From contig JBEPZV010000006.1 in NCBI GenBank assembly GCA_041640655.1, positions 1 through 64,000 on the forward strand: a stretch of 64,000 nt of DNA. Reading direction: 5' to 3'. Below the pieces are notes generated by a model. It ran no database searches. It saw only the letters and a list, made by a program, of their open reading frames with translations, and had not been told where the DNA came from. Both the position numbers and the translations under genes were made by a program. Source of the stretch: a bacterium (lineage in GTDB: Bacteria; Acidobacteriota; Blastocatellia; HR10). Within the stretch, counting starts at the first letter, position 1. The number at the start of each line of letters is the position of its first letter. Positions 41,240 to 51,499 of this stretch are shown piece after piece.

Positions 41240-42026
41240 GCTCGATCACCTCCTCGCAGAGTCGTTCGTACTCCAGCGCCGCCGTCGACTGGGGCGCGAA
41301 GGTGAAGATCGATTCCCGATACGCCGGGCTCTCCTCCAAACGCACCGACCGCGAGATCACGGTTCGGAACACCTGATGGCCGAAGACCTGCTTGATCTGC
41401 TCCAGAGAATCGCGCGCGATGGCCGTCCGCCGATCATAGAGCGTCACGACGACCCCAAGGAGCAAGAGATTGGGATTCGGCCGCGCTTTGATCTTCTCCA
41501 CCGTCTCCAACAGATCATCCGTGCCCTCCAGAGCGAAATACGAGGATTGAATGGGGATGATCAGATGCGAGGCGGCCACCAGGGCATTCACCGTCAACAG
41601 ACCGAGCGTCGGCGGCGTATCCAGGATCACGAAGTGGTACTGACCCTTGATCTGATCCAGCCGATCCTTCACCCGATAGGGCGCATCGAACTCCCCAATT
41701 AACATGCTCTCAAATTTGGCCAAGCTGATGCGCGAGGGCAGCAGCTCCAGATTCTGAACCGGCGTCGCGCGGATCACCTGCTCGGCCGTCACCGAACGAT
41801 CCATGAGCCAATCGAAGATCGAGACCCCGACCTCACGCAGGTCCACATAGGAGAGCGAACTGTTGGCCTGCGGATCCAAATCCACCAGCAGCACGCGATA
41901 GCCTTTGCGCGCCAGTCCGGCCGAGAGATTGATCGCCGTGGTCGTCTTCCCAACCCCGCCTTTTTGATTCGCGATCGCGATGACGACGGATCGGATCGTC
42001 TTCTCCGTCACGGCCTGTCGCCTCAC
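41232..42026 (-). CDS. parA: ParA/Soj family ATPase
   Basis: [18 protein letters not shown] and DTPP. Confidence 0.92.
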   Translation of the reverse strand: MRRQAVTEKTIRSVVIAIANQKGGVGKTTTAINLSAGLARKGYRVLLVDLDPQANSSLSYVDLREVGVSIFDWLMDRSVTAEQVIRATPVQNLELLPSRISLAKFESMLIGEFDAPYRVKDRLDQIKGQYHFVILDTPPTLGLLTVNALVAASHLIIPIQSSYFALEGTDDLLETVEKIKARPNPNLLLLGVVVTLYDRRTAIARDSLEQIKQVFGHQVFRTVISRSVRLEESPAYRESIFTFAPQSTAALEYERLCEEVIERV

Positions 42027-42035
42027 CCAAAAGGC

Positions 42036-42509
42036 TCACCTCCGATACGGACCACCGGATTCCCCACCGATGTCGTCGGACCACTCCTCGGATTCGACCT
42101 CCTCATCCGAGATCACACTGCGCGAGCTGCGCATGACGTGCTCGGCCACGAAGATCGGACTGTCGGTCCGAAGCGCCAGGGCGATCGCATCGCTCGGGCG
42201 CGAATCCACAATCACCTTCTCCCCGCCGACATCCAGAATGATGACGGCATAGAAGGTGCTGTCGCGCAGATCGGTGATGATGACCCGCTCCACGGTCGCC
42301 CCGAGCTGAGCGATGACGTTCTTCAAGAGATCGTGCGTCATCGGACGCTGAGGCACCGCCTTCTCGATCTCCATCGCGATGGCATTGGCCTCGAACACCC
42401 CGATCCAGATGGGAAGCATCGCCTCGGAGGCCACATCCTTGAGGATGACCACGGGCGAATTGTTCGTCGGATCGAGGATGAGCCCCCGAACCTTCACTTC
42501 ACGCTCCAT
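42036..42509 (-). CDS. Bifunctional nuclease family protein (DUF151)
   Basis: LPIWIG..EA.AI, RPMTHDL and DSRPSDAIALA. Confidence 0.92.
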   Translation of the reverse strand: MEREVKVRGLILDPTNNSPVVILKDVASEAMLPIWIGVFEANAIAMEIEKAVPQRPMTHDLLKNVIAQLGATVERVIITDLRDSTFYAVIILDVGGEKVIVDSRPSDAIALALRTDSPIFVAEHVMRSSRSVISDEEVESEEWSDDIGGESGGPYRR

Positions 42510-42524
42510 AAGATGTCCCTCGCC

Positions 42525-43853
42525 TTAACGGAGAACCTCGAGGCTCCGCCCGAAGAGACTATGCGGATTCACTCTCGTGATCTCAACTTTCACGAGAGCT
42601 CCTTCGATGTTCTCTCTTGAATCCTCAAAGTTTACGACGATATTCTCGCTCGTATGACCGGACCAGTGATATTCTGACTTAGCACTCTTTCCTTCAACCA
42701 AAACTTCAACAACTCGGCCGACATATCGCTGCCACCTCTTGAGCTGAATCTCCCGCTGCCGCTGCTCAAGTCGCATCAACCGCTCCGTCTTCACCTCATC
42801 CGGAACCTGATCCGATAACCGCGCGGCCGGCGTCCCCGGCCTCGGCGAGTACTTGAAGATGTAAAGCCCATCGAATTCCACCTCCTCGATCAACGCCATC
42901 GTCTGCTGAAAGTCCCGCTCGGTCTCCCCAGGAAACCCCACGATGATGTCCCCCGTCACCGCGATCTCCCGCTTCGCCGAACGGATCCACTCGATGCGCC
43001 GCAGGTATTCGGTCCTCGTGTAGCCGCGGTTCATCAACGCCAGAATCCGATCCGACCCCGACTGCGGCGGCAGATGAACCCAATTGCAGAGGTTCGGATA
43101 CTCCTCGATCATCCGCACGATCTCCGGCGTGAAATCCCTCGGATGCGAGGTCGTGAACTTCAGACGCGGGATGCCGCCGGCTTCAGCCAAGAGCCGCAGT
43201 AGCTTCGGGAAGCAGAGGCGCTGCCCGAGCTCCAGCCGCTCGCTCAGGCCATAGCTGTTGACGTTCTGCCCAAGCAGATGCACCTCCCGATACCCGGCCT
43301 CGGCCAAGGCCCGCACTTCGGCCAGGATCTTCAGCGGGGATCGGCTGCGCTCTCTGCCGCGCGTGAAGGGGACGATACAGAAGGTGCAGAACTTATCGCA
43401 CCCCTCCATGATGGTCACATAGGCGACGTGTCGCAGGCGCCGTTCAGCCGGTGAGATCTCCAGAAACTCGGGACGATTCGGCGTGCGCGTCTGCACGAGC
43501 GGACGTCCCTGCTGCAGGCGCTCGAGGATCTCTGGCAGCTCCCCGAGCGCCTGAGTCCCCAGGACGAAATCCACGCCCGGCACCCGCTCCAGCAACCGCC
43601 GTCCGTACAACTGCGCGACGCACCCTATGACCCCAATGAGCACGTCAGGGGACCGGCTCCGGAGCTGCCGAATGCGGCTGTAGACCTTCTCCTCGGGCCT
43701 CTCCCGCACCGAGCACGTGTTGAACAGGATGAGCTCGGCCTGTTGCGGATCATCGCTCCACTCATAGCCGAGACGGCGCAAGAGCGCCGCCGCCTTCTCC
43801 GAATCCACGACGTTCATCTGACATCCGAAGGTCTCGATGAAGAAGCGCTTCAT
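42525..43853 (-). CDS. miaB: tRNA-i6A37 methylthiotransferase
   Basis: FGCQMN, NTCSVRE, CDKFCTFC, IVGFPGET, YSPRPGT and a TRAM domain. Confidence 0.95.
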   Translation of the reverse strand: MKRFFIETFGCQMNVVDSEKAAALLRRLGYEWSDDPQQAELILFNTCSVRERPEEKVYSRIRQLRSRSPDVLIGVIGCVAQLYGRRLLERVPGVDFVLGTQALGELPEILERLQQGRPLVQTRTPNRPEFLEISPAERRLRHVAYVTIMEGCDKFCTFCIVPFTRGRERSRSPLKILAEVRALAEAGYREVHLLGQNVNSYGLSERLELGQRLCFPKLLRLLAEAGGIPRLKFTTSHPRDFTPEIVRMIEEYPNLCNWVHLPPQSGSDRILALMNRGYTRTEYLRRIEWIRSAKREIAVTGDIIVGFPGETERDFQQTMALIEEVEFDGLYIFKYSPRPGTPAARLSDQVPDEVKTERLMRLEQRQREIQLKRWQRYVGRVVEVLVEGKSAKSEYHWSGHTSENIVVNFEDSRENIEGALVKVEITRVNPHSLFGRSLEVLR

Positions 43854-43904
43854 TGTCGGCCCGCCGACATTCAAACTAATCTCCTGAAATGCAAGAAAAT
43901 ACCA

Positions 43905-45566
43905 TCAACCCCCGATCAGCTCGCGCGCATGTCGGCGCACGGTCTCGGTGATCTCCCGCCCCCCGAGCATCCGGGCCAACTCCTCAATCCGCTCCGCCTC
44001 GCTCAGGCGCTCCACCCGAACCCGCGTCCGCCCGCCCACGGCCTCCTTCACCACGCGATAGTGCGCGTCGGCGAAACGCGCGATCTGCGGCTGATGCGTC
44101 ACACACAAGACCTGATACCGCTCCCCGAGCCGCCGAAGGCGCTCCCCCACGATCTCGGCGACCCGCCCCCCAATGCCCGCGTCAATCTCATCGAAGATCA
44201 GCGTGCGCGGCCCCCGCCACCGAGCCGCCACCGTCTTCAACGCCAGCATAAGACGCGACAGCTCCCCGCCGGAAGCCGCCTTCGCCACCGGTCTGGGCTC
44301 CTCACCCACGTTCACGGCGACGAGAAACTCCGCGCGCTCGGCCCCCTCCGGGCTCGGGAACTCCTCGACCGGCTGCAGAACGACCTGAAACCGCCCCCGT
44401 TCGAAAGCCAACTCCCTGAGCTCGGCCGTCACCGCCCGCTCAAGCGCCCGAGCCGCCTGCTGCCGCCTCTGACTCAGTTCAGCCGCCACACGGCGGTACT
44501 CCTCCTCCAGCTGCCGCCGCCGATGTTCCAGTTGCTCGCGCCGAAGATCGGCGCCCGAGAGCTCTTCATACTTGGCCTTCAAGCTCGCCCACGTCTCCAG
44601 AACTTCGCGCAGCGTCGGCCCATACTTGCGCTTCACCCGCTCCAACTCGGCCAACCTCGCCTCGACTTCCGCCAGCCGCTCAGGAGAGAAGCGGATCCCA
44701 TCCCGATACTCCCGCAGAAAATAGGCGACCTCCTCCACACAGATACGGGCTCGCTCCAGCAGCTCTACGGAGCCGCCCACCCGTTCGTCCACCTCCCGAA
44801 GCTGCTCCAGCCGCCGACAGATGCGCGCGAGCGCCCGCAGCACGGAATCCTCAGCTTCGTAAAGCTCCGCGTACGCCTCTTGCGCCAGATGAAAGAGCCT
44901 CTCGGCATTGGCCAGAAGCGCCCGCTCGCGCCCGAGCTCATCGTCTTCTCCCAAGACCGGACGCACCCGCTCGATCTCCCGAATCTGAAACTGATAGATG
45001 TCCAGAAGGCGCAACCTCTCGGCCTCAGCCCGGGCCAGCTCCTCCAAGGCCCGCTCCGTCTCTCGATACGCCCGGGCCAGCTCCTCGACGCGCCGCCGCA
45101 TATCCTCGACCTGCGCGAAGCTGTCCAACAGACGCAACGGCGTTCCCGCCGCAAGCACCATCGGCGCTTCCCCCTGACTGTAGACGTCCACCAAATACGG
45201 GCGCACGGCTCGAACCAGCGCCTGCGTCACCAGACGATCGTTGGCGAAGATCCGACTCCGCCCAGCCGCCGTGATCTCCCGCCGGAAGATGAGCTCCTCG
45301 CCCACCTCCACGCCCGCCTCCTGAAAGCGCGCTCTCAGATCCTCAGGCAGCTCCTCGATCCGAAAGACCCCCTCGATATAGCCCTTCGCCTCCCCGGAGC
45401 GCAGAACATCGGCTCCCGCCCGCTCCCCAAGCAGCAGCGTCACCGCATCCACGATCAGCGACTTCCCCGACCCCGTCTCCCCCGTCAACAAATTCAGCCC
45501 CGGCTCGAACTCCACCTCCACGTTCTCGATCACCGCGATGTTGGCGACTCTCAAGAACCTCAACAT
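43905..45566 (-). CDS. recN: DNA repair protein RecN
   Basis: TGETGSGKS, ASGGELSR, FDEIDAGIGG and VTHQPQIA. Confidence 0.97.
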   Translation of the reverse strand: MLRFLRVANIAVIENVEVEFEPGLNLLTGETGSGKSLIVDAVTLLLGERAGADVLRSGEAKGYIEGVFRIEELPEDLRARFQEAGVEVGEELIFRREITAAGRSRIFANDRLVTQALVRAVRPYLVDVYSQGEAPMVLAAGTPLRLLDSFAQVEDMRRRVEELARAYRETERALEELARAEAERLRLLDIYQFQIREIERVRPVLGEDDELGRERALLANAERLFHLAQEAYAELYEAEDSVLRALARICRRLEQLREVDERVGGSVELLERARICVEEVAYFLREYRDGIRFSPERLAEVEARLAELERVKRKYGPTLREVLETWASLKAKYEELSGADLRREQLEHRRRQLEEEYRRVAAELSQRRQQAARALERAVTAELRELAFERGRFQVVLQPVEEFPSPEGAERAEFLVAVNVGEEPRPVAKAASGGELSRLMLALKTVAARWRGPRTLIFDEIDAGIGGRVAEIVGERLRRLGERYQVLCVTHQPQIARFADAHYRVVKEAVGGRTRVRVERLSEAERIEELARMLGGREITETVRRHARELIGG

Positions 45567-45574
45567 CGGTCACA

Positions 45575-45603
45575 AGTGTATCACAGATCGCCCGGGCTGT
45601 CAT
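45575..45603 (-). promoter_or_regulatory. Putative recN promoter giving a near-leaderless transcript
   Basis: Minus strand reads ATGACA-17 nt-TACACT, ending 8 nt before the ATG; no SD sequence seen. Confidence 0.45.
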
Positions 45604-45611
45604 CCATCTCA

Positions 45612-45641
45612 TTGACAGTCGTTCGATCCAATCGGTACAAT
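45612..45641 (+). promoter_or_regulatory. Putative promoter for the tol-pal operon
   Basis: TTGACA-18 nt-TACAAT. Confidence 0.7.
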
Positions 45642-45677
45642 CACTTTTCGCGCGCAACCTCGGGACGAGGGGGACGA

Positions 45678-46367
45678 ATGCTCGGACCGACAACGGCCTT
45701 CGACGTCTCTCAGCTCATCGGGCACGCCTCGCTGCCGGCGAAGGTCGTCCTCCTTTTGCTCGCCGCGCTCTCGATCTATTCGTGGGCCGTCATTCTCAGA
45801 AAGTACGCGCTCTTTCGCCGCCTGGCCCGGCGCTCGGCGGCTTTCCTGGAGATCTTCCGAACGACGACGAACCCCCATCAGGTCTACCGACTGAGCGAGC
45901 GCTATCGGCCGAGCCCTCTGGTCGAGATCTTTCGCGCGGGCTACGAGAGCCTTCGCGAGCAGATGACCGATGAGGGCCGCGCGCTCGAGCCCCATGCGAT
46001 CGAACGCGCCCTCAAGCGAGCGGCCCTCTCGGAGATGGGGAAGCTCGAGGAGGGCATCAGCGGGCTCGCCTCCATCGCCACCTCCGCCCCTTTCATCGGT
46101 CTGTTCGGCACAGTCGTCGGCATCATCATCGCTTTCCAAGGGCTCTCGGTCGAGACGCAAACCTCGATTCAAGCCGTCGCCCCCGGCATCGCCGAGGCGC
46201 TGGTGGCCACCGCCTTGGGACTCTTCGTCGCCGTCCCGGCCTACATGGCATACAATTATTTTGTGAGCCGGTTGCGCGCCCTCTCGACGCTCATGGAGGA
46301 TTTCGCGCTCGAATTTCTGGACGTCGCCGAAAGGAGTGCGACTCGCGATGGCGTTTATCGATCATAA
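45678..46367 (+). CDS. tolQ: TolQ (MotA/TolQ/ExbB proton channel)
   Basis: APFIGLFGTV and VAPGIAEALVATALGL; ATG at 45678. Confidence 0.92.
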   Translation: MLGPTTAFDVSQLIGHASLPAKVVLLLLAALSIYSWAVILRKYALFRRLARRSAAFLEIFRTTTNPHQVYRLSERYRPSPLVEIFRAGYESLREQMTDEGRALEPHAIERALKRAALSEMGKLEEGISGLASIATSAPFIGLFGTVVGIIIAFQGLSVETQTSIQAVAPGIAEALVATALGLFVAVPAYMAYNYFVSRLRALSTLMEDFALEFLDVAERSATRDGVYRS

Positions 46368-46779
46368 TCGGCGCGTTCACGCCTCGCTCTCGGAGATCAA
46401 CGTGACGCCCCTGGTGGACGTCATGCTCGTGCTGCTGGTGATCTTCATGGTGACGGCCCCGCTGCTGCACACGGGGATTCAGGTGAATCTGCCGCGCACG
46501 CGAACCGGAGAGCCGCAGGCGGCCTCCCCATACGCGCTCATCGTGACGGTGGATCGAGAGGGAAACATCTACCTGAGCTCCGGAGGGCGCACGGCCCACA
46601 CGCCCATCCCCGCTGGCGAGCTCCCCGGCCGATTGCGGGAAGAACTGGCACGACGTCCCGAAAAACGCGTCTACGTTCGGGGCGATGGCGATACCCCCTA
46701 CCGGGTCATCGCCTATGTGCTCGGCCTCTGCAAGGAGGCCGGCGCCTCGGTGAGCCTGGTGACGGATGTCCAACGATGA
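46348..46779 (+). CDS. tolR: TolR/ExbD
   Basis: [23 protein letters not shown]. Confidence 0.92.
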   Translation: MAFIDHNRRVHASLSEINVTPLVDVMLVLLVIFMVTAPLLHTGIQVNLPRTRTGEPQAASPYALIVTVDREGNIYLSSGGRTAHTPIPAGELPGRLREELARRPEKRVYVRGDGDTPYRVIAYVLGLCKEAGASVSLVTDVQR

Positions 46780-47603
46780 TGCGATTCCGAGCACATCTTC
46801 TCGATCGGTGGCTGGCGCTCTCGCTGGCCGGCCACATCGCGCTGGGAGCCGCCCTCCTCGGGCTGAAAATCGGCGGCACTCCGCCACAGTTCCTCCTGGT
46901 CGCCGGGCCAGGAGGCGAAGGCGGGGGTCGAGGTTCCGCCATCGAGGTCGGTCTCATCCAGGGATGGGAGCTGGCCGAGCTCTTACCGCCGCAGCCGATG
47001 GGTGCTCTCGGAGAAGAGCCCGGATTGCTCACGGCCCGGATCCAACAACGAGCGCCGATCGCAGAAAACCCGGATCTCGTCCTCCCGGGTCGCAGACGCA
47101 CCCCTCCTGAGCCGGGAACGATCACGACCGATCGCCCGGTCCTGCACCGTCCTCGCCCCTATACCGGGCGCTCCGAAGCTGGCGGGTCTTCGAGCACAAG
47201 TGCCATGGTCGGCCCAACGCTACCCACCCACTGGCAGGGCGGTGTCGGTCTCGGAGAAGGCGGCGGCTTCGGCTCTGGAAGCGGCGCGGGCATTCCGGGA
47301 GGCTCCGACTACGGTCGTCGGCTTCAGCAGGCCCTCAGTTCGTACTATCGGTTCACACCGACGGCGGCCCTCGGTCAACGCTTCGTCATCATTCGCGTTC
47401 GCATCGCCCGCAGCGGCCGCATCCTCTCGATTGTGAACGGACGCCTGGACCCGGCGGCCTTTCTCGCGCGCAGCGGCAATCCCGTCGTGGATGCGCGCGT
47501 GGAAGCCGCGCTCTTGGAGCTGGATCGGCATCCCATCCCCTTCCCCCCGGATTTCTTGCCGGGAGCTCGCGAGGCCATCGCGGAGATCTACTTCCAATAT
47601 TAG
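46776..47603 (+). CDS. TolA/TonB-like energy transducer (divergent)
   Basis: N-terminal TM with SxxxH, Gly/Pro-rich linker and C-terminal beta domain; lies between tolR and tolB. Confidence 0.7.
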   Translation: MMRFRAHLLDRWLALSLAGHIALGAALLGLKIGGTPPQFLLVAGPGGEGGGRGSAIEVGLIQGWELAELLPPQPMGALGEEPGLLTARIQQRAPIAENPDLVLPGRRRTPPEPGTITTDRPVLHRPRPYTGRSEAGGSSSTSAMVGPTLPTHWQGGVGLGEGGGFGSGSGAGIPGGSDYGRRLQQALSSYYRFTPTAALGQRFVIIRVRIARSGRILSIVNGRLDPAAFLARSGNPVVDARVEAALLELDRHPIPFPPDFLPGAREAIAEIYFQY

Positions 47604-47606
47604 CCT

Positions 47607-48932
47607 ATGCGCGCTCGTAGGACAGCATGGTGCGTTCCGTGGTTGATCGGCCTGCTTGTCTCAGCCTCGTCTTCGCAGCAACCCCAGGACCTGCGTCAGC
47701 AGATCGGCAAGATCATCGTCACACCGGGAAGCGGGCCATCGCTGGCCGTCGCCGAATGGGTGCCCCGAAATGAGCTGGCCGTCCCGGCTGCCGCGCTCAT
47801 CACGCAGGTCCTCGCGCAGGATCTGGACTTCGCCCGCATCGCCAATATCGTCGGCAAGAGCCTGCATCCCTCGAATCGGCCCGCCCAGCCCGAACAGGTC
47901 GACTTCACCGCCTGGAGTGCAGACCCCGCGCGCGCCGATTATCTCGTCTTCGGGAACGTGAGCGTCATCGGCCAGGAGCTGGTCATTGAAGCGTATCTCT
48001 ATGATGTCCAAGCGCGAAACCGCCTCTACGCCCGACAATATCGCTTCCCAACGGCGCAGGCCCGACGGGCCGCGCATCAGATCGCCGATGAGATCGTCAA
48101 GACGCTCACGGGCCTGGACGGCGTCGCTACCAGCCGCATCGCCTTCGTCTCCGGCCAGGGGCGCCACAGCGAGATCTATGTCATGGACTACGATGGCGCC
48201 AATGTCCGACCGTTCACCCGCGACGGCTCGACCGCGCTCTTTCCCGCCTGGTCCCCGGATGGCCGCAAGATCGCCTACGTCTCGTTCATGACCGGGATCC
48301 CGAACATCCACATTCGCTCGTATCCCGAGGGAATCCCCCTGCCCTTCCCGACGTTCCCACAGGGGACGACGATCTCTCCCGTTTTCTCCCCCGATGGACG
48401 GTGGATCGCCTTCTGCTCGAGCAAGGACAGCAACAGCACGCAGCTTTATGTCGCCTCAGCCGATGGCTCCGTCATCCGACAGCTCACCAATGAGCGCGGC
48501 GTGATTCACTCCTCCCCCCGATGGAATCCCAGGACGGGACGGGAGATCGCCTTCATCTCCAATCGCAGCGGGACGCCGCAGATCTACATCATTGACGCGG
48601 ACGGAGCGAATCTGCGTCGCCTGCTCGATCGCGGGGGCTTCGCCGACTCCCCCGCCTGGTCTCCCGATGGCCGCTTCCTCGCCTTCGCGTGGCGGCCACC
48701 GCAAGCCAGTCGCTTCGATATCTTCCTCATGGATGTCGCCACGCGCCAGATCGTGCAGCTGACCGATGGCCCGGGAGATAACGAGAGCCCGGCGTGGGCT
48801 CCGAACGGGCGGCATCTCGCCTTCCAATCCAACCGAACGGGCCGATTCGAGATCTATCTCATGCATATTGACGGGACAGGCGTTCGACAGATCACGCAGA
48901 TTGGAGGACGTTCGCCGACATGGGTGCGATAG
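47607..48932 (+). CDS. tolB: TolB beta-propeller protein
   Basis: TolB_N-like region and PD40 repeats (PAWSPDG). Confidence 0.93.
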   Translation: MRARRTAWCVPWLIGLLVSASSSQQPQDLRQQIGKIIVTPGSGPSLAVAEWVPRNELAVPAAALITQVLAQDLDFARIANIVGKSLHPSNRPAQPEQVDFTAWSADPARADYLVFGNVSVIGQELVIEAYLYDVQARNRLYARQYRFPTAQARRAAHQIADEIVKTLTGLDGVATSRIAFVSGQGRHSEIYVMDYDGANVRPFTRDGSTALFPAWSPDGRKIAYVSFMTGIPNIHIRSYPEGIPLPFPTFPQGTTISPVFSPDGRWIAFCSSKDSNSTQLYVASADGSVIRQLTNERGVIHSSPRWNPRTGREIAFISNRSGTPQIYIIDADGANLRRLLDRGGFADSPAWSPDGRFLAFAWRPPQASRFDIFLMDVATRQIVQLTDGPGDNESPAWAPNGRHLAFQSNRTGRFEIYLMHIDGTGVRQITQIGGRSPTWVR

Positions 48933-48964
48933 GCATCTCACTCCAATTGAGGAGAGCGACGCTT

Positions 48965-49915
48965 ATGAGACGATACCTCTGGATTCTGATCCCCCTCGCA
49001 CTGGTCGTCTTCGGATCAGCATGCCGGCCGCAGATCTCGCTGACGGCCTCTCGCGACCGCATCAACCGCGGCGAGGAGGTCGAGTTGAGCTGGACGTCCA
49101 AGCACGCGCAGACGGTGACGATCAACGCTCGGCCGGTCGCGAAGTCCGGGACGATGAAAGTCGCCCCGACGGAGACGACCACCTATGAGGCCATCGCCCG
49201 ACGCGGCAAGCGCGAAGCGCGCGCATTCGCCCGCGTCGAGGTCATCCAGCCGCGCCCGACCATCGCCCTCTCGGTCGAGCCGGCCCGGATCGAGCGCGGA
49301 CAGCGAGCGACGCTGCGCTGGTCGAGCACCGATGCGCAGACGGTCGAGATCACCGGCATCGGTCCGGTTGAGCCAAGCGGCAGCCGTTCGGTCTCGCCGC
49401 CTCAGACGACGACCTACACGGCGATCGCGCGCGGTCCCGGAGGAGAGGCCACGGCGAGCGCGACGCTCACGGTCACCGAACCTCCGCCGCCGCCACCACC
49501 GCCTCCTCCGCCACCGCCGCCACCCCGCAATATCTCGGCCGAATTCGCCGAAGCGGTCACCGTCATCTACTTCGCCTTCGATAGCGCGGAGTTGGACGAG
49601 GAAGCCCAGACGCGGCTCCGCCGCGCCGCCGAGTGGTTGAATCGTCCGGAGAACCGCACGATCATCTTCCGCATCGAAGGCCACTGCGACGAGCGAGGCA
49701 CGGAGGAGTATAACATGGCCCTGGGCGATCGTCGCGCCAATGCCGCTCGGGACTTCCTCATCAGCCTCGGAGTCTCCCCGGATCGCATCCAGACTGTCAG
49801 CTTCGGAGAGACCCGCCCGGCCGTTCCCGAGAGCAACGAGCGCGCCTGGGCGCTGAATCGGCGCGATGAATTCGTCTATATCCAGGGTGGAGATCCCACG
49901 CCACCCAGACGGTGA
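48965..49915 (+). CDS. pal: Pal-like peptidoglycan-associated lipoprotein with two Ig-like repeats and a poly-Pro linker
   Basis: Lipobox GSAC; OmpA domain IEGHCDERGTEEYNMALGDRRA..NRR; P15 tract at 49481-49525. Confidence 0.88.
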   Translation: MRRYLWILIPLALVVFGSACRPQISLTASRDRINRGEEVELSWTSKHAQTVTINARPVAKSGTMKVAPTETTTYEAIARRGKREARAFARVEVIQPRPTIALSVEPARIERGQRATLRWSSTDAQTVEITGIGPVEPSGSRSVSPPQTTTYTAIARGPGGEATASATLTVTEPPPPPPPPPPPPPPPRNISAEFAEAVTVIYFAFDSAELDEEAQTRLRRAAEWLNRPENRTIIFRIEGHCDERGTEEYNMALGDRRANAARDFLISLGVSPDRIQTVSFGETRPAVPESNERAWALNRRDEFVYIQGGDPTPPRR

Positions 49916-49924
49916 CGCTCGCGA

Positions 49925-49955
49925 CCCCCGCGCGATCCCCGCGATCGCGCGGGGG
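49925..49955. repeat. Intergenic GC-rich hairpin related to the palindromic element
   Basis: cccccgcgcgatc-cccgc-gatcgcgcggggg, a perfect 13-bp stem just after the pal stop; no U-tract. Confidence 0.7.
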
Positions 49956-50065
49956 CTTGCCTCTGACTCGCTCCTGTCGTAACATCTGGCGTGAAGCCGG
50001 AGTTGGCTCCGGTGGCCTCACCTCACAAGAGGCCCCCTGAGCCATCTTCCGCAAGGAGGAAACCG

Positions 50066-50923
50066 ATGATGAAGCGACGTGGTCTCTTAGTGAGCGCCGC
50101 CTTCATCAGCGCACTGCTTCTGTTCGCCTCACCGACTCAGGCCGGTAAGAAGGAGTTGGAGGCCATCGCCAAACTTCAGGCCGAAGTCCTCGTCCTTCAA
50201 CGACAGCTCCGCGACCTGCAGGAGTCCTTCGATCGTGGCACCGGTCAATGGCTGACGCTCCTTGGGCAAATCGGAGAGAATATCACGGCGCTGCAGCGAA
50301 CGCTCACGGCACTTCAGGAGACGTTCGGAGATGCACAGACGCGCCTGACGAGCCAATTCACGCACGTGGATTCCCGCTTGACGGCCCTGGAGACTCACCT
50401 GCGCACGACCTCCGAACGGCTCGTCCAACTGAACGACCAAATCGCCGCCCTGAGCCAAAATCTCGCTCACGCGCAGCAGCGGGGACCGACCGCGCTCGAT
50501 CCCACCGATCCGATCCAACTCTTCAGCGCCGCCTATGGCGAGTACCTCAAGGGGAACTACGAGCTCGCCATAGACCAATTTCGACAGTACATCGAGCGCT
50601 TCCCGACACTGGAGACGACCGATAATGCTCAGTACTGGATCGGCGAGTGCCTCTACAGCTTGGGACGCTATGAGGAGGCCATCGCCGAATTCGATACCCT
50701 GCTCCGCACCTATCCGCGCAGCGATAAGGCGCTGGCCGCTCGCCTGAAGAAAGCACTCGCTCTGTTGGAGCTCAACCGCCGCGACGAGGCTATCGCCGAG
50801 CTTCGCGCGATCGCCCAAGAGCCCGTCTCTTCCGGCGAGGTGCTCGCGGCCCGTCAGCGGTTGCAGCAACTCGGCGTCTCTCTTGAAGAACCCCGCCCGC
50901 CGAGGCGGCCGCGCCGTCGCTGA
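50066..50923 (+). CDS. cpoB: Tol-Pal system protein CpoB/YbgF
   Basis: Signal peptide, coiled coil and TPR (NAQYWIGE); downstream of pal. Confidence 0.88.
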   Translation: MMKRRGLLVSAAFISALLLFASPTQAGKKELEAIAKLQAEVLVLQRQLRDLQESFDRGTGQWLTLLGQIGENITALQRTLTALQETFGDAQTRLTSQFTHVDSRLTALETHLRTTSERLVQLNDQIAALSQNLAHAQQRGPTALDPTDPIQLFSAAYGEYLKGNYELAIDQFRQYIERFPTLETTDNAQYWIGECLYSLGRYEEAIAEFDTLLRTYPRSDKALAARLKKALALLELNRRDEAIAELRAIAQEPVSSGEVLAARQRLQQLGVSLEEPRPPRRPRRR

Positions 50924-50946
50924 TGTCATCGAAGGAGAAGAAGCTT

Positions 50947-51363
50947 ATGTCCTTCAACAAGATCATCGTCGTCGGCAACCTGGGACGCGATCCCGAGCTT
51001 CGCTACACCCCGCAAGGCATCCCCGTGTGCACGTTCTCCGTCGCCACCAATGAGCGCCGTCGCGACAGCGCCGGAGAGCTTCAAGAACGCACGCTCTGGT
51101 TCCGCGTGACCGCGTGGCGCCGACTCGCCGAACTGACCCACCAGTATCTGAGAAAAGGAAGCCTGGTCTACGTCGAGGGACGACTCTATTTGGACGAGTA
51201 CACGGATCGGGACGGATTCCAGCGCACGCAGCTTCGCATTGAAGCTTCGGACGTGCGTTTCCTCGATCGAAAGCCAGCCGAAGCCCTTGAGGAGGGAATC
51301 GCCGAAGAGCCCCTCAGCCCTATCTCCGGCCCTGAACCGGGCGAGGATGACGTCCCATTTTAG
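50947..51363 (+). CDS. ssb: Single-stranded DNA-binding protein
   Basis: NKIIVVGNLGRDPELRYT, KGSLVYVEGRL and C-terminal DDVPF. Confidence 0.97.
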   Translation: MSFNKIIVVGNLGRDPELRYTPQGIPVCTFSVATNERRRDSAGELQERTLWFRVTAWRRLAELTHQYLRKGSLVYVEGRLYLDEYTDRDGFQRTQLRIEASDVRFLDRKPAEALEEGIAEEPLSPISGPEPGEDDVPF

Positions 51364-51499
51364 ACGTCATGACTTCATGTGAAACTCGATCCTCGCCTCC
51401 TGACGGAAGTCGCCTCACCGGAGAGCCGGATCGAAAGAGACATCCGGGCAATAACCATCGTTCTTCGCGAGCGATACAGCGACTCGTTCCCAAAGGACT

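Noticed and set aside
43743..46367. 874-aa ORF suggesting a giant TolQ fusion
   Set aside because: The first ~645 codons are antisense to recN; the real tolQ starts at 45678 behind its own promoter.
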